Positions 11,916 through 25,697 of a DNA stretch of 64,000 nt are shown here, piece after piece; within the stretch, counting starts at the first letter, position 1, and every line of letters starts with the position of its first letter. The stretch is from the NCBI GenBank assembly GCA_964016885.1, contig OZ024740.1:331576001-331640000 (forward strand). Reading direction: 5' to 3'. The DNA comes from Eledone cirrhosa (lineage: Eukaryota). Below the pieces are notes generated by a model. That model saw nothing but the letters and a program-made list of their open reading frames with translations, was not told the DNA's origin and searched no databases. The translations under genes were made by a program, and so were the position numbers.

Positions 11916-12966
11916 CCGGAAAATATTTACTCAAAATCATGAATACACAAAGAAAGGCATATAATCTGTGTAGACTTAGGATAGAAATCGACGCAAACAA
12001 ATGTTAAATTGGCAAATATATATGAGAGGGCTGAACAAATCGATAAGTTAAGAATGATTTTTGGGAGACAACATAAATATTAAGGAGGCCAGTTTTTTAA
12101 AAAGGTACTTTGAAATGTGAGAGCATCGCGAGAAGAATTCTATGCGTCTCCTAAGTGATTTGTTATTGCTGGGGAGATTACTCAATATCCAACATTTTTC
12201 GTCATTACATAATCGGCAGGATTAGAGATTTCTCTAGTGTATCTGCTTTTAGTTTGCGGCTCTTCTCGCTTTCTCTATTTTCCGATTCATTTCCATCGGC
12301 ACTGGTTAAAATAGCTGATTCTCAGTGCTAAGGGAACGTACCTCCGTGGTATGGCGGTGTTGTAATAATTGGCCTTAATAATTATATATCAGTATGTCCA
12401 TGAGGGCTGAGAAAACTCAATACCTAGTTTCAATACCGTTTTTCTATTCATTTTCTTAAAGCTAAATAGTGTCTTGTAACACTTGAATTTTGCTTAACGC
12501 CAAATCTACAATGATCATCATATATAATTCCATAAAACCTATATTTCCATAATCTCCATTGTAGTTATATTTCCATACGTTATATTCATATATATATTTC
12601 ATATATTTACTTAACAACAATAGAATCCTACCACCACTCACTCATTCATTCATTATAGCTTCTATAATTTTATATTCCAATAATATTCATCGTACTTTAT
12701 GTTTAATGTTTATACTCCATCGCTTTATATTTTTTTTATTGATTTTCACTACACCACCACCAAAGCTGTCTCCAGCACTACAACACTATCCGCGAGCACA
12801 GTACCCTTGCACCAACCCACCCATAGTATATATGTATGCAATCTTAGGAACATGTATATTAATTTAATATTCATATATGTATTTATAAATACATGTCTGT
12901 GCATAGGAATGTACTTATTTATATATTTGCGTGTATTTTATGTGTACATATGTACGCATGTTTCTA

Positions 12967-13011
<45 letters not shown>

Positions 13012-13024
13012 GTGTGTTTGTGTG

Positions 13025-13100
<76 letters not shown>

Positions 13101-13476
13101 ATATAGAAATGTCTTCTACAGGAGTAAGACTGTATGTATATATAGATATATATTTTTGTTTATACTATCCACACTCTACACTGTATGAATATTGAGTGCC
13201 AATGTTGGCATACAGCCTATGGAAGCACCATAGCTACCATTATACACAAGTATATATATATATATATGAAGTATTTCCGTAGTAAAGCCTACATAGAGCA
13301 CTCTGTTTTCCTTTACCTTTCCTACGGAAATACTTCATATAAACAGCTCCCACCGGGAATGATCGAAGCATATTCTATATCTCATATGTGATTGGCATCT
13401 TCCAGCCCGATAAGTTGAGCACTCTACAGTTTTAGGAATTTAACCAACATACACCATGGATGTATACGATAATAAC

Positions 13477-13689
<213 letters not shown>

Positions 13690-13692
13690 CAT

Positions 13693-14212
13693 ATAACAGG
13701 AGGCATGTACTGGTATAAATCCTTGAAAGGTTTATTATACTATGATTCATTTCAATGACCGTGATTTGTGTGAATCCGGTGACATCATCAGGTAATACAA
13801 AATATAACGAAGGAATATAACAGATAAAAATCCATGTTGTTTAAATCAGAGACAAGAGGGAGGTCGACGCAGCTAGAAGCTGCTAAATTGCCGGCCGCCC
13901 TCTTGTCTCTGATTTAAAAAACATGGATTTTTATCTGTTATATTCCTTCGTTATATTTTGAATTACCTGATGATGTAACCGGATTCATACTAAACCCGGT
14001 CATTGAAATGATCATAGTATAATAAACATTTCAAGGATTTACACCAGTACATGCCTCCTGTTATTTTGTACTAATTAACTCCGTACGCGCACCACCAACC
14101 ACACAAACGAAAACGGATGAGTTGCAATACGTTGAGTTCTTTCCATAACATTACATCGTGGTTGACCACACAGAATGACCAGTTCTATTCAGTGATGAAC
14201 CAACAAACCCAA

Positions 14213-14216
<4 letters not shown>
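13693..14216 (+). mobile_element. Fold-back element in (TA)n: inverted arms 13693-~13860 and ~13898-14064 plus unique tail; probable Penelope-like end
   Basis: Arms are reverse complements (ataacaggaggcatgtactggt / accagtacatgcctcctgttat); hammerhead motif in each arm; TA tracts on both sides. Confidence 0.8.
13962..14023 (+). ncRNA. Type I hammerhead ribozyme motif (mirror copy on - strand at about 13734-13796)
   Basis: attac CTGATGA tgtaaccgg..ccggtcatt GAAA tgatc ATA gtataat; palindromic stem III; stem I has a bulge. Confidence 0.7.
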
Positions 14217-14273
<57 letters not shown>

Positions 14274-16747
14274 TGTGTGTCTTTATGCGGTTGTACGTGT
14301 GTGAGTGTATGCTAGTATGTATGTTTAGGAGCAAAAAAGAGGGCAATGTTTATGTAGATAAATGTAGTAGAATGTACTGTTTATTTGAAAGCGAATCTTC
14401 ACCATATCTATTTACAACCCATGTAAAGTTAAGAAATATTTTCAAAATTCAGCGCCACAGATACAAATTACTCGAGCATCTAGATTGTATCACTGTTGAA
14501 GAATGCTTTCTTAGAATAATTGCAATTTCAATATGTTTTAATTCCCTTATTTCTAATTATATACAAAATTCGAATTTAATGATGACTGTAACAAAATTTA
14601 AAAGATGTACTATATATGCATCTTACAGTAAAGTTTTAAAAATGATTAAGCTGGAATATAGAGAAATAACGAATAAGAAAATTTTAATAAATTCCAATTT
14701 TCAATTATTGTTATTTATGTAATGTTTATAATGTAATTGAAAATAATTTTCTAGATAAAGTCGATAATGTTCATAATTTAAAACGAGTAATATGAATCTG
14801 AGGCTTACAAAAATGTGTTGATAACTTCTCTTTCACGTCAGCCGAGTTTCGAATCGCATCTCAGTTCCAATTGTTATTTTCTATCATGTCGCTCATGATA
14901 GTCTGCTAACTAAAATTGTTGTGCTTTCCCGTTGTTGATATTTATCAATCACCCGCAAGACCACTGCGATGGTAATGCCATACAATAATTTCATGAACCT
15001 AGCTTAGTGAGGCTGCCGATTTAGTCCCCGATAACTGACTTATGCGACAGTTTGCCCTGGGATCCATGTTGTCAGTAGAGCTCAATACCAGCCTGATATG
15101 ACATTTGTTGACAAGTATCTGTTAAACAAATATAAGTTTTAAGTTTGTATTGCACACTGCAGTTGGAATCATTATTCTATATAGCTGTTGTCCCACAATT
15201 ATCAATGGTACATTTCTGTTATTTCTAGCAGTTTGAGTGACATATAATAGTGAATCTCTCACTTTCTAGCGACTTCCTTTAAAGGTCGAACGATTGTAAA
15301 ATATAATATTAGTTTTAATAAAACTTTTTGAACAGACAGTATATTACTGAGGGGAGGGGATATTTATATACAGGATGGTTGAACCACAACGAAATTATTT
15401 TACAATCGTTAGAAATAGATATGGGAAGATAAGTATGGTTGTAGGTCTTTGCTAAATAATGCATAAGAGTGATATTTGTTTTGTGTAGTAGTTCTTTTAT
15501 TGCCGACACTTTAGATTGAATTCATAAAATGTATTATTTTGGGGACGTTGCAGGATATATTAGCTGGATAATATATTGTATAAATGTTTATTTCTCCTTA
15601 CTACATTAATATATTTTTTGACGTTCACTATTCTACATGTATGAATACGAACATCACATGTTTACACATGTGTGAATACGAACTTCACATGAGAACACAG
15701 ATGTCTATATAGATTTAACTACTTGAATCACACACACACACGTACACACACACACACACTCACATACACCCATACACACAACATCATATATATCATGAGA
15801 GATGTGGGGATTAAATAATTGTATTAAGTAATGCATGGACATATACTGACATAAACTAATGTAAAATTCATTATTTCATATATGAAATAGTTTATCGATA
15901 GTAATTATATTATCATTCAGGATAATATATATTGACAAAATACGAAATAGTATGATTTCAACAATAAAATAGAATAAAATAAAATAAAATAAAACATACG
16001 TTTTATTAAATATGTTTAAAATATTTAAAATCAAAAACAAAATAAATGAATGATATATAAATGTTCAATATAGTTATCACATTTAATTTATTTAAATTTC
16101 ATTTTGAAGATTTGAGTTATACGACTTTCATGTGCTTCCACTTTTTGCAAAGTTAATCGTTAAAGTCTATCATCAGTAAATATACTTACATCCATATCAA
16201 CATATACATTAAATTACAAAACAAACCGAGATAGTAATGTATAATTTAATTAGTTAGCTATGCATAAATTATTTGAAGAATTTAAGCAATCAAGTTAAGA
16301 CACCTGTTTTGATCGTGGGAATAAACTTCAAAAAGCATGGTTTATAACTAAATTAATTATAATTTCCATATGTAAACTTATTGTTAAAATACAATTATTA
16401 ACCTCATTTTTTAAATACTCCATGGCACCACTATGTTGTGAAATTTAGTCACAGTTATACATTAATAACCTACTATTTTTACATAATAAATAAAGTGTTT
16501 GCTTTTAATAAAATGAGCATATTTACAATTGTTAACTAATCAATAACTAATATATTCTTTCACAAAGGATAAAGATAAGTCAATATTATTTGATTAGATT
16601 ATTTCAATATGAAGAGGACGATATGCATATATGCTAGCTTACTGATAAAACTTATATATATTTTAACTCAATTATAAAACTACCTGTGTCTTCATAATCT
16701 ACAAAATACGATTGATAAATTCAGGAGCCTGCGGAATCTAATTGGCT

Positions 16748-16778
<31 letters not shown>

Positions 16779-18802
16779 TCTTTTTTTTTATTTACTTCCG
16801 AGACTGAAACTGGTTTATATGATAAAACGCAATTTCAACATTAACATGTATGTAATATAGAATATAAATTAATGAAGTATTAGTTTCTAAAAACCTAGGT
16901 TAATTAGGGGTCTATTTCTCTGACGTGGTGGTAATATCCGCTAAAATGCATTCATAGAATTGATATACAGAGAATTGATATACAGAGAATATTCGAAAGT
17001 GTTTACATGTCACATATGCTACTTTCCATAGAAATGCATCTAATTACACGGCTGTATTTATATTTACAGGAAATCGACCCCAATCCTTCCATGTATATTC
17101 TGTATTCTTGCATAGATATTTATTTCAGACAGATATTTCATTAGAGAGGAGAGAACGCAATAAGTGAGAAAAGTAGTAATGACTGATTTTTTTTTATTAT
17201 ACTACCACCTGTCGTCACATTCCTAATGTGTGGTACTTTAATAAAAGTTACAAACAGACATATATATGTGTGTGTGTGAAAGCGCGCGCGCGCTGCGTGT
17301 GTGTGTGTGTGTGCTTGTGTGTGTGACTTGTATTAAACTATCATACATTAGGAATTTCACAGAAAAGCCCTTAAATTACTGTAGTCACCATGTATTAGTA
17401 TATACAAGGATATGATGCTTTTCACATTATATTTGAAATTATTTTTAAAAATTGTTTCTATTTGCATATAGAGTTTTCTTTTTCATTTGCTTTATTATTT
17501 TTCCTAATGTATATGTGCTCTTTCTTAACCTGTAACTAAAGGTGTTCTGAATTAACTGTTATATTCACCAATATTACATTATTGTGGTTTGAATCTGGAT
17601 GCTAGTTAAGCTTACATTCTCTTTGAAATGAAAGTTAATCCATGATTTTACTTTTGTTATTTTTGTCATAAATGGAGTATCGTAAAACAAATGAAATACG
17701 AGTACAATATATTTTAAATGCATATATGTTTTAAGCTTAATAAAGATATACAAATTTTTAACGAATATAATCTAATTTCCTGCTTCTCAGAATATCTCAT
17801 TATTTTTAAAGCACGTTCGCTTCATATTTAAATAAATCATTTCCATTAAAAGATTCTAAGATAACATTCTTATTTCTGTAAACCTCCTCAATATATGATC
17901 CAGCTAATCAATTATTCGCGTAGAACATTCGTTTCTATTTCCATCTCTCTGAAATGTTATCGATCACTGTTTTTTTCCACTGTGATACTTTATATCTAAT
18001 GTAGATTCATCAATAATGTTCTTTCAATTTTACAACTGTCGAACGATTTTATTCCTTATCAAAATATAATGTCAAACTAAGTATAATGACGCTGTTGATA
18101 AGAATATTGAGGATGTTTCTGGGGGTGATTGGATTATTGAATAACTGAACTGCAAATGAGTTACAGAAATCGTCGCATATAGTAACTTCTGAATACGGAC
18201 GAGGGTGACATCGCTTCTTAATTTACCAGAATTTATTAGCAAGTCTCAATCAATAACTGAGTTCTCTTACACCGGCTAATACTCTCTCCTAAAATTTGCG
18301 AGACCCCAAATATTCGTTATAGTAAATAGCATAGTTTTGAGGGGTATTCTTATTTGGATGATTATCTTCACGATTTTGATAATTATTCATATTTCTAGGG
18401 ACTTTATAGTGGTCCGTTTAATAATTATGTATAATATATCTAATTTGCAATATGACGGTGCAGCAATAATTAAGATGGTTATGCGAGTATGTCAACCAAG
18501 TGTATTGAATTAATTCGACCCTATAAGTGACGACAATTGTTTTAGAAATATTGATATAAAAGAGCTAATGTTCTTGGAAATTGTGACCCACTCTTCTTTG
18601 GTTATAAGGTTGTTTCAATTTATATGAGTATTTCGAATACAGTGTAATTCACAAATAAAACAAAGATGTCACATACGCATGTATTATGAACTTTAAATAG
18701 AATCTTATTGTTCAGGTTTAGATAAATCTTGATTGAGTAGAACAATATTTAAAGGTATTAACACCCTGCCAGCTTGGAATGTGTAGAACTACACACATCA
18801 TC

Positions 18803-18891
<89 letters not shown>

Positions 18892-19009
18892 TGTACGTGT
18901 GTGTGTGTGCGTGTGTCTGTGTGTGTGTCTGTGTATATGTGTGTGTATACATGTTCGGAACTAGCTGTCAAAACAGCCGGAGCTCAGCCATCGGTGTCCT
19001 GACTCCTTT

Positions 19010-19090
<81 letters not shown>

Positions 19091-19359
19091 TTATTTACAC
19101 AATATGGTGGTCGATTTTGCAGAATTGTTAAAATGTTTTATATATTTTCCGATTCTGTTCTTTCCAAGTTTTTATGCCACCGGGGTTCATTATACATTTG
19201 ATCCTTTCCGGATCTGTAAAGAAAGTATAAACTCAGTGCTAGTGCTTCTCTCCCTCCTTCCAACTGTCTCATACTGCAGATCAAACACTTAGTGAATTTA
19301 TGTTGCATGTGATCAAATTACTACATCCCCATTTATGGTTGAATTTGCTCATATATAAA

Positions 19360-19920
19360 TACGAGTGGCTATGAAAAGATTACTGGATGTTTAAAAAAAA
19401 GCAACTAATATATTTACCTAAGTTGTATCATCCCATTCGAAATAATCACCTTACGCAGCATTACAACGGTCCCACAGTTCCGGCGACTTTCGGAATCCGA
19501 TCTGGAAGTCGTTTTCCGTAAGCGAGTCGAGGACGTTCTGCGATTCATTCTGGATCTCGACAATGGTGTTAAAACGGTGACCTTTGGTATACATTTTCAT
19601 CTTGGAAAAGAGATGATGAATCCGGCGAAAAGTGCAGCTGTGGATGTGATACAATGTTGCTTTTGTCGAGAAACTAACGAGTGAGAAGAGCTCGGTGACA
19701 GGTTGCACGTTCAATTTAGACATTAGGATTGCCTGCACGGACCAATATGACAAACCAACAACATCAGCATTATCACTAATTGTCCACCGACGATCCTCAT
19801 GCACAACCTGATTAATTTTCTCCACACTTTCGGTGGTAACGCTCGTGGCAGGTCTTCCACACCACTCGTCATCGTCCGGGGAATTTCTTCCACTTTTGAA
19901 GCGCTCTTACCACTCAAAAT
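19360..19920 (-). mobile_element. Decayed, internally deleted mariner-family DNA transposon (3' part with terminal sequence)
   Basis: Translation KGHRFNTIVEIQ...DFQIGF..WDRC..GDYFE and DRRWTISDNADVVGLS match mariner transposase C-terminal and HTH regions; terminus begins TA-cgagtg. Confidence 0.8.
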
Positions 19921-19944
19921 ATTAATAACCTCGGCGAGATTGTT

Positions 19945-20093
19945 CCGATTTTAAATCCCACCGAGGTTAGCTTTGACTTACATCCTTACGGGGTCGATAA
20001 AATAACGTACTGGTAACGTTCTGGGGTCGATTTACTTGATTTTCCCCTTCTCTTCAAATTGCTGGCTTTGTGCCAAATGTTGAAACAAATAAT
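19945..20093 (+). mobile_element. 5'-truncated tRNA-derived SINE (octopus-type family)
   Basis: aaatcccaccgaggttagctttg..catcc..ggggtcgataaaata..gctggctttgtgccaaa, shared with 24865, 30823, 42419 and 55160 copies. Confidence 0.75.
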
Positions 20094-22293
20094 TTTGTTT
20101 TTGACGTAGTTGTTCGCAGATTCATGAAAATCGAAATGTGCCTTGGTGCTGGTTTAAAGATGCATTGAAATAGATTATATGTAATATATAAACCTCTATA
20201 ATATATAAGTGTTACATTGCACGAAAGTAATTGAAGCATTGTCAGAATTCCGAAATCAAACGAAATTGTACCGCTATATTTTGTTCTTAACTTGTATGTG
20301 ATCAAGAATAAAAAGAAAATACAAAATCTAATATTTCTGTAAAAAGAAATGCAATATTTCATATGTAATTTCTAATATAGGAAAAAGACACAACTTTCTA
20401 TTTTCTCGCTTTCTTATTGTCCCAGTGAAAAAATATTTCGGATGAGATCAAATATTGATAATCTGTCGTTATGCATTACAAAAATCGAACTAAATATAGG
20501 GCGCTCACTATTTAGATTATTAGTATGTCTACGCGAAATTCAACATGGCACATCAATATAGATATTACAGTCTATCTTTTCAAATGATCGATAACATTTC
20601 TTTAGTGTAGTGTGAGACATATATTTAGATAATATTATTTTTGATCAGTTGAAAAAGAATCTTAACCCTATTTCACTTACTAATGGTACATTTGTATCCC
20701 AATCATTTGAATTACATATCAGAATAAGTTCTAAAATAGTGAAATATTATCTCATGCGACAGTACACTGTCAAAGATCATTTCTTAAATAAGCAGCCACG
20801 ATATGCTTAAAGTCCACATCATCTTTTTACTGCAAATGTTGAAATACCATCGCATCAAGTTTCTCCCTACGGTGACACTTATAATACGTTGCTCTCAATA
20901 TACACCATTCTTGTTAATTTCGTACAATACTGAATACTATGCGTTGAGATATTTCTTTTTGTGATGTGATTTATTTCAATCTGATGCTGTCAGATTGAAA
21001 TAAACTCACAGAAGGCCATACCCTGATCTCTCTTACATTGGGAGAAATTGTCAAGGTGGACCATAACATTACCGGAGCGTGCTTTTGTGCAATTGGACAG
21101 GCTTCCCGTCGTTTCGATGCAGTTGTATCATGGCATTGAATACTAAACGTTCTGGAAATCGAATTCGTAACTATTTCACAGCGTTTATCAATTTTAGAAA
21201 CATTCTCAATAACGAAGAAGCGCCTACGACGAAATATATAATCAAATATGAGCCTTGTCACAATTAATACAAAACCGCATCCAAATGAAAATAAAAAAAT
21301 GTGTAGGTTGCCGAATTAAATATGAATGAATTCTGATTATTTACCGTAATCATAAAAAAACACGTATTCAAAAATATAACAATTGTGTGTTTTTAGAAAC
21401 AAAATAACTCAGATTGAGGACTAAGAACCAACACAATGTGATTCCTCAGATATATTGTAACTGTTTAAAGCCCAGGTTTCTTGTGATTGGATATAGATTT
21501 GATCGAAGACGTTTCATTACTGACAATGCCGCATTTTTGTTTAGCCGTTGTTTCGATATACTATTTAGAATATAGGGTGTGAATTTGGTACTTCTGGTTG
21601 CTAGTTCTAGCGTGTGGAACACATTTACGAAATTGCACCAATGTTTGTTTAGAGTAGGGATTTTCCTTTTACAATGTGCTATGTAATTGAGGGAATTAAA
21701 ATTGATTTAACCAGCAATGGTTATGTGTTGAACTAATTAATAGGTGTGGAATAAATAGTATTTGCTATGTCTCCAAAAACAATTATATATATATGTATTA
21801 TGATGTAGGCCGTAATTTGAAGGTGATTTCACTCTTATTTCTAGAAAGTTCTGGGAAAATATTTAATCAAAATGTTTGTAAATTGACAGAATAGAGGGTA
21901 TTTTAAAGTAAGTATGAATATATAAAGATAGTCGTTTGAAATACAAAGACAAATGCCAGTGAAATCGATTAAGCCAATCAAACTGCATAAATTAAAGTCA
22001 CAAATGTAATGAAAGCACAGAACACAATGAATTATGCAAATCGTAAATCTAACAAACGAGAATGTATAAGTCAAAATTGTTATAAGTTCATTAATATATT
22101 GCGTCACACTTACAAAGATCATTCTAGATATAAAGATCTGAACTGTTCTAAATTAATTTTTATAGATTTAGTTAAACTATTAAAGTTGATAATAGCGTAG
22201 GTATTGTTCTAGACAGCAAAATATGTGCAATTAGCAGAAAACCTTTGCTGTACATGAATCTCACTCTCTCTCCCCAGTCTCTCTCTATATATA

Positions 22294-22836
<543 letters not shown>

Positions 22837-22922
22837 AAGTGGAAACAGAAATAACAAAAATAACAAAACGAAGGACACATTACTTGGAATAAATATATTA
22901 GTTTAAATAGTAGGACGAGAGG

Positions 22923-22956
22923 CTTAACGTTTCGAACATTAGACCTTCATCAGAAG
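22923..22956 (-). ncRNA. Minimal hammerhead motif of Penelope pLTR type
   Basis: - strand: ctt CTGATGA aggtctaatgttc GAAAC GTT aag; stem II eroded. Confidence 0.6.
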
Positions 22957-23207
22957 ATAGAGTTAGAAATAGAAGATAAATAGAAAGTGAAGAGTGGTGT
23001 GACGAAGGAACGGGCAATATGAGAAAAAAGTCTGGATGGAAAAAAACGCACGTGCATATTCAGTTGGATCTGTAAAGAAAGTATAAGCCCAGTCCTAATG
23101 CTGCCCTCCACCTTCCAGTTGTCAGATCCTGCACATAGTGAATTTATGGTGCATGCAATGCAATAATTACATTCCGAATTCTGGCTCTATTTACTTATAT
23201 GTATACA

Positions 23208-23320
23208 TACGACGTGATATCAAAACATTCCTGGACTAGTTATGTTAGAGAAAAAAACTAATATTTGTTACCTAAGTTGTAATATCTTCTCCTTCGAAGT
23301 AGTAAATTTGCGCAGCAATG
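23208..23320 (-). mobile_element. Mariner 3'-end remnant homologous to 19360-19465
   Basis: aactaatatttgttacctaagttgta..ttcgaagtagt..cgcagca similar to 19403-19462. Confidence 0.6.
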
Positions 23321-23636
23321 CTCCGTATATATCCTCAAGTCAAATCCTCGTGTGGTAGGTAGTTGCATATATGTTAATATTTGCTGCAGTTTGAATTTCT
23401 GCTCTTTCACTTCTTATGAAGCTTGCGTTCGGCCGAATACGTTTTGGATATTGTCGTGCCTTCCGTTTTTGGTAGGGTAAATTAGACAATTTTTCTTCTG
23501 GTGGATATAACGAAGGAAAATGTTGTGTCGTTTTGACAGAGTGAACTAACAAAAAAGACACATCACCCTTTTGCCAGGCCCTCATCGACGTTCTTCAAGT
23601 TCCAATTGGAATGGAAGACGATGGTGAGAGTGAAGA

Positions 23637-24630
23637 TTATTATTATTATTACTATCAATATTATCATTATCATTATTTTCATGAAGTCTCAGTCATTGCT
23701 GTTTGTAACTGGAAGGTTTCTTCAAATCAACATCAAGCGGCTACCTGCAGCCTCAGATATTCACGGCGTATCGGAGGCTTCTCGTTTTTCCCAGCAAGCA
23801 TGCATGCTTTTTGAAATTTTCCAAAAAAGACAGCTGGACTAATGTTCTTTAACCATCCTTGAAAACTCTTCGAGATAGTACCTAATGATCCCATGACTGT
23901 ACCTAATGATCCCTTTTTAATTCCCAATTTAAATTCTGGCATCGGTTAATTTTCTCCTTTGCTTGCACTCTCATGTCAAAGGGGCACGCTGCATCTACAA
24001 TCAGGCACGATCTTTTTTCCTTGTCAAAACCACCAGGTCAAGCCTACTGTGGTCTAATTTATTGTCTGTCTGTAACCTGAAATTCCAGAGCACCTTCAGT
24101 CGATGTTTGCTATCGACCACTTTGGTTTATGGGCAAACCACTTCTCAGAATGTGGTAAATTATTTAATTTACTTAAATGTCACTGAATCACCTTTCCTAT
24201 TATATACCTTCATCCTTTATAGTGCGTCTGAGCTAGGTGTTTACATTCGTATACGATCGATCGGAGCCACAATTTTCTCCCTCTGTCTCTCCACAGATCC
24301 TACAGAGTCGGCTAACCGCCTCCTTGTCAATATGGTGTATCACCTACTTCGTCCTGGGGACTTGCTTCTGTGTAGGAAGTAGCATTCCCTGATTATCTTT
24401 TTTAGGGTCTCCTCTTTTTCACCAGCTCCATGTCTGTGGATCTCTGAATTTCGGTTTCTTAAAAAATGTGCTAAGAATGGCTTTTTCATTGTTACTCCCT
24501 TTTTGGACATGCCCTGGGCTGTTCTCTGCTCTTTCGGCACAACATGTGTAGACAGCTTTTCTCCATCTAAACACAATCGCTGATAAGACCTCTTCCTCCT
24601 TCAGATCTATTTAAGTAGAAATATCAACAT
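23637..24630 (-). mobile_element. Old 5'-truncated R4/Dong copy of the 7485..10877 family
   Basis: Reverse complement matches the 3' end, stop and 3' UTR of that element (FQKACMLAG, atatctgaggctgcaggtag); degenerate (TTA)n at 23637-23677. Confidence 0.88.
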
Positions 24631-24864
24631 CACTGTCATAAGGGCGTTTAATTGGCAGTATCGTCAGAGTTTCGGATAACAATGTTTACGAGTAGTTTTA
24701 CCGTCCCTTTACGTTCTGTTTTCAGATTCACCGAGGTTATTTTGCGTTTCAACTTTATGGGCCTTATCAAATAAAGCACCAGTACTGAACTGGAGAGGAT
24801 TTAATCGAATTTCAGATTCCCTCCAAAATAAAAAAAAGAAACATTGTTGACCTTGTGCCAAATA

Positions 24865-25095
24865 TGTAACGCGGAGAATTTGTAGTATCGGTAGAGCCTT
24901 GGACAACAAATTTTACGGCATAGTTATACTCCCACTCACCTTCTGATTTCAAATCCAGCCGAGGTTAGCTTAGCCTTTCATAATTACGGGATCAATAAAA
25001 TCAAATACCAGTAATGCACTGCGTTTAACTTAATGCCACCCGCTTCCCTCGAAAAAAATGTTGCCCTTGTGCCTAAATCAAAAAGCATTATCATT
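24865..25095 (+). mobile_element. Decayed tRNA-derived SINE (octopus-type)
   Basis: gcggagaattt..tcggtagagc..ttcaaatccagccgaggttagc..ccttgtgcctaaa. Confidence 0.72.
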
Positions 25096-25525
25096 ATTGA
25101 GGAATCGTAATACAAATTATTGATGGAACCATGAAATCAATATCCCATGATATAATGATCAATACACATGATCTAATAACATCTAAGGTTTCCATAGCGA
25201 TTTTCAAACATATAGACTTTCTAAAGTATTAATGATTTCTCATCTCTATTCATGCTAACGCTTTTCTCTGAAGGTATGCTCAACATTTGTGAAGGCAAAT
25301 TTTCAAACCTCAAATATTATTAAGTACCAATAAACCAATACATCTATGGTTGAAAAACAGCATCATTCCAACGGTGAGGAATATTTTCCTCAGAGGAATA
25401 CGTATTAATTAGATTGATTTATTCCCATTCCAACTGTAAGATAAAGCTTTGTAGTTTTCTTTCCACCAGAAATGTCTTCCTTTCTTTTCAAAACTGAGCA
25501 CAATAAAGATGATCCCTTACATCAG

Positions 25526-25639
<114 letters not shown>

Positions 25640-25697
25640 GTGAGAGTGTTGGTACGTATAAATATATATATATATAAGAACCGTATAGCAAATATTT

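Noticed and set aside
15002-15125. Possible host exon on - strand after tttaacag
   Set aside because: Short, no recognisable protein similarity or partner exons
16120-16180. - strand CTGATGA..GAAA
   Set aside because: No closing stem II or stem I
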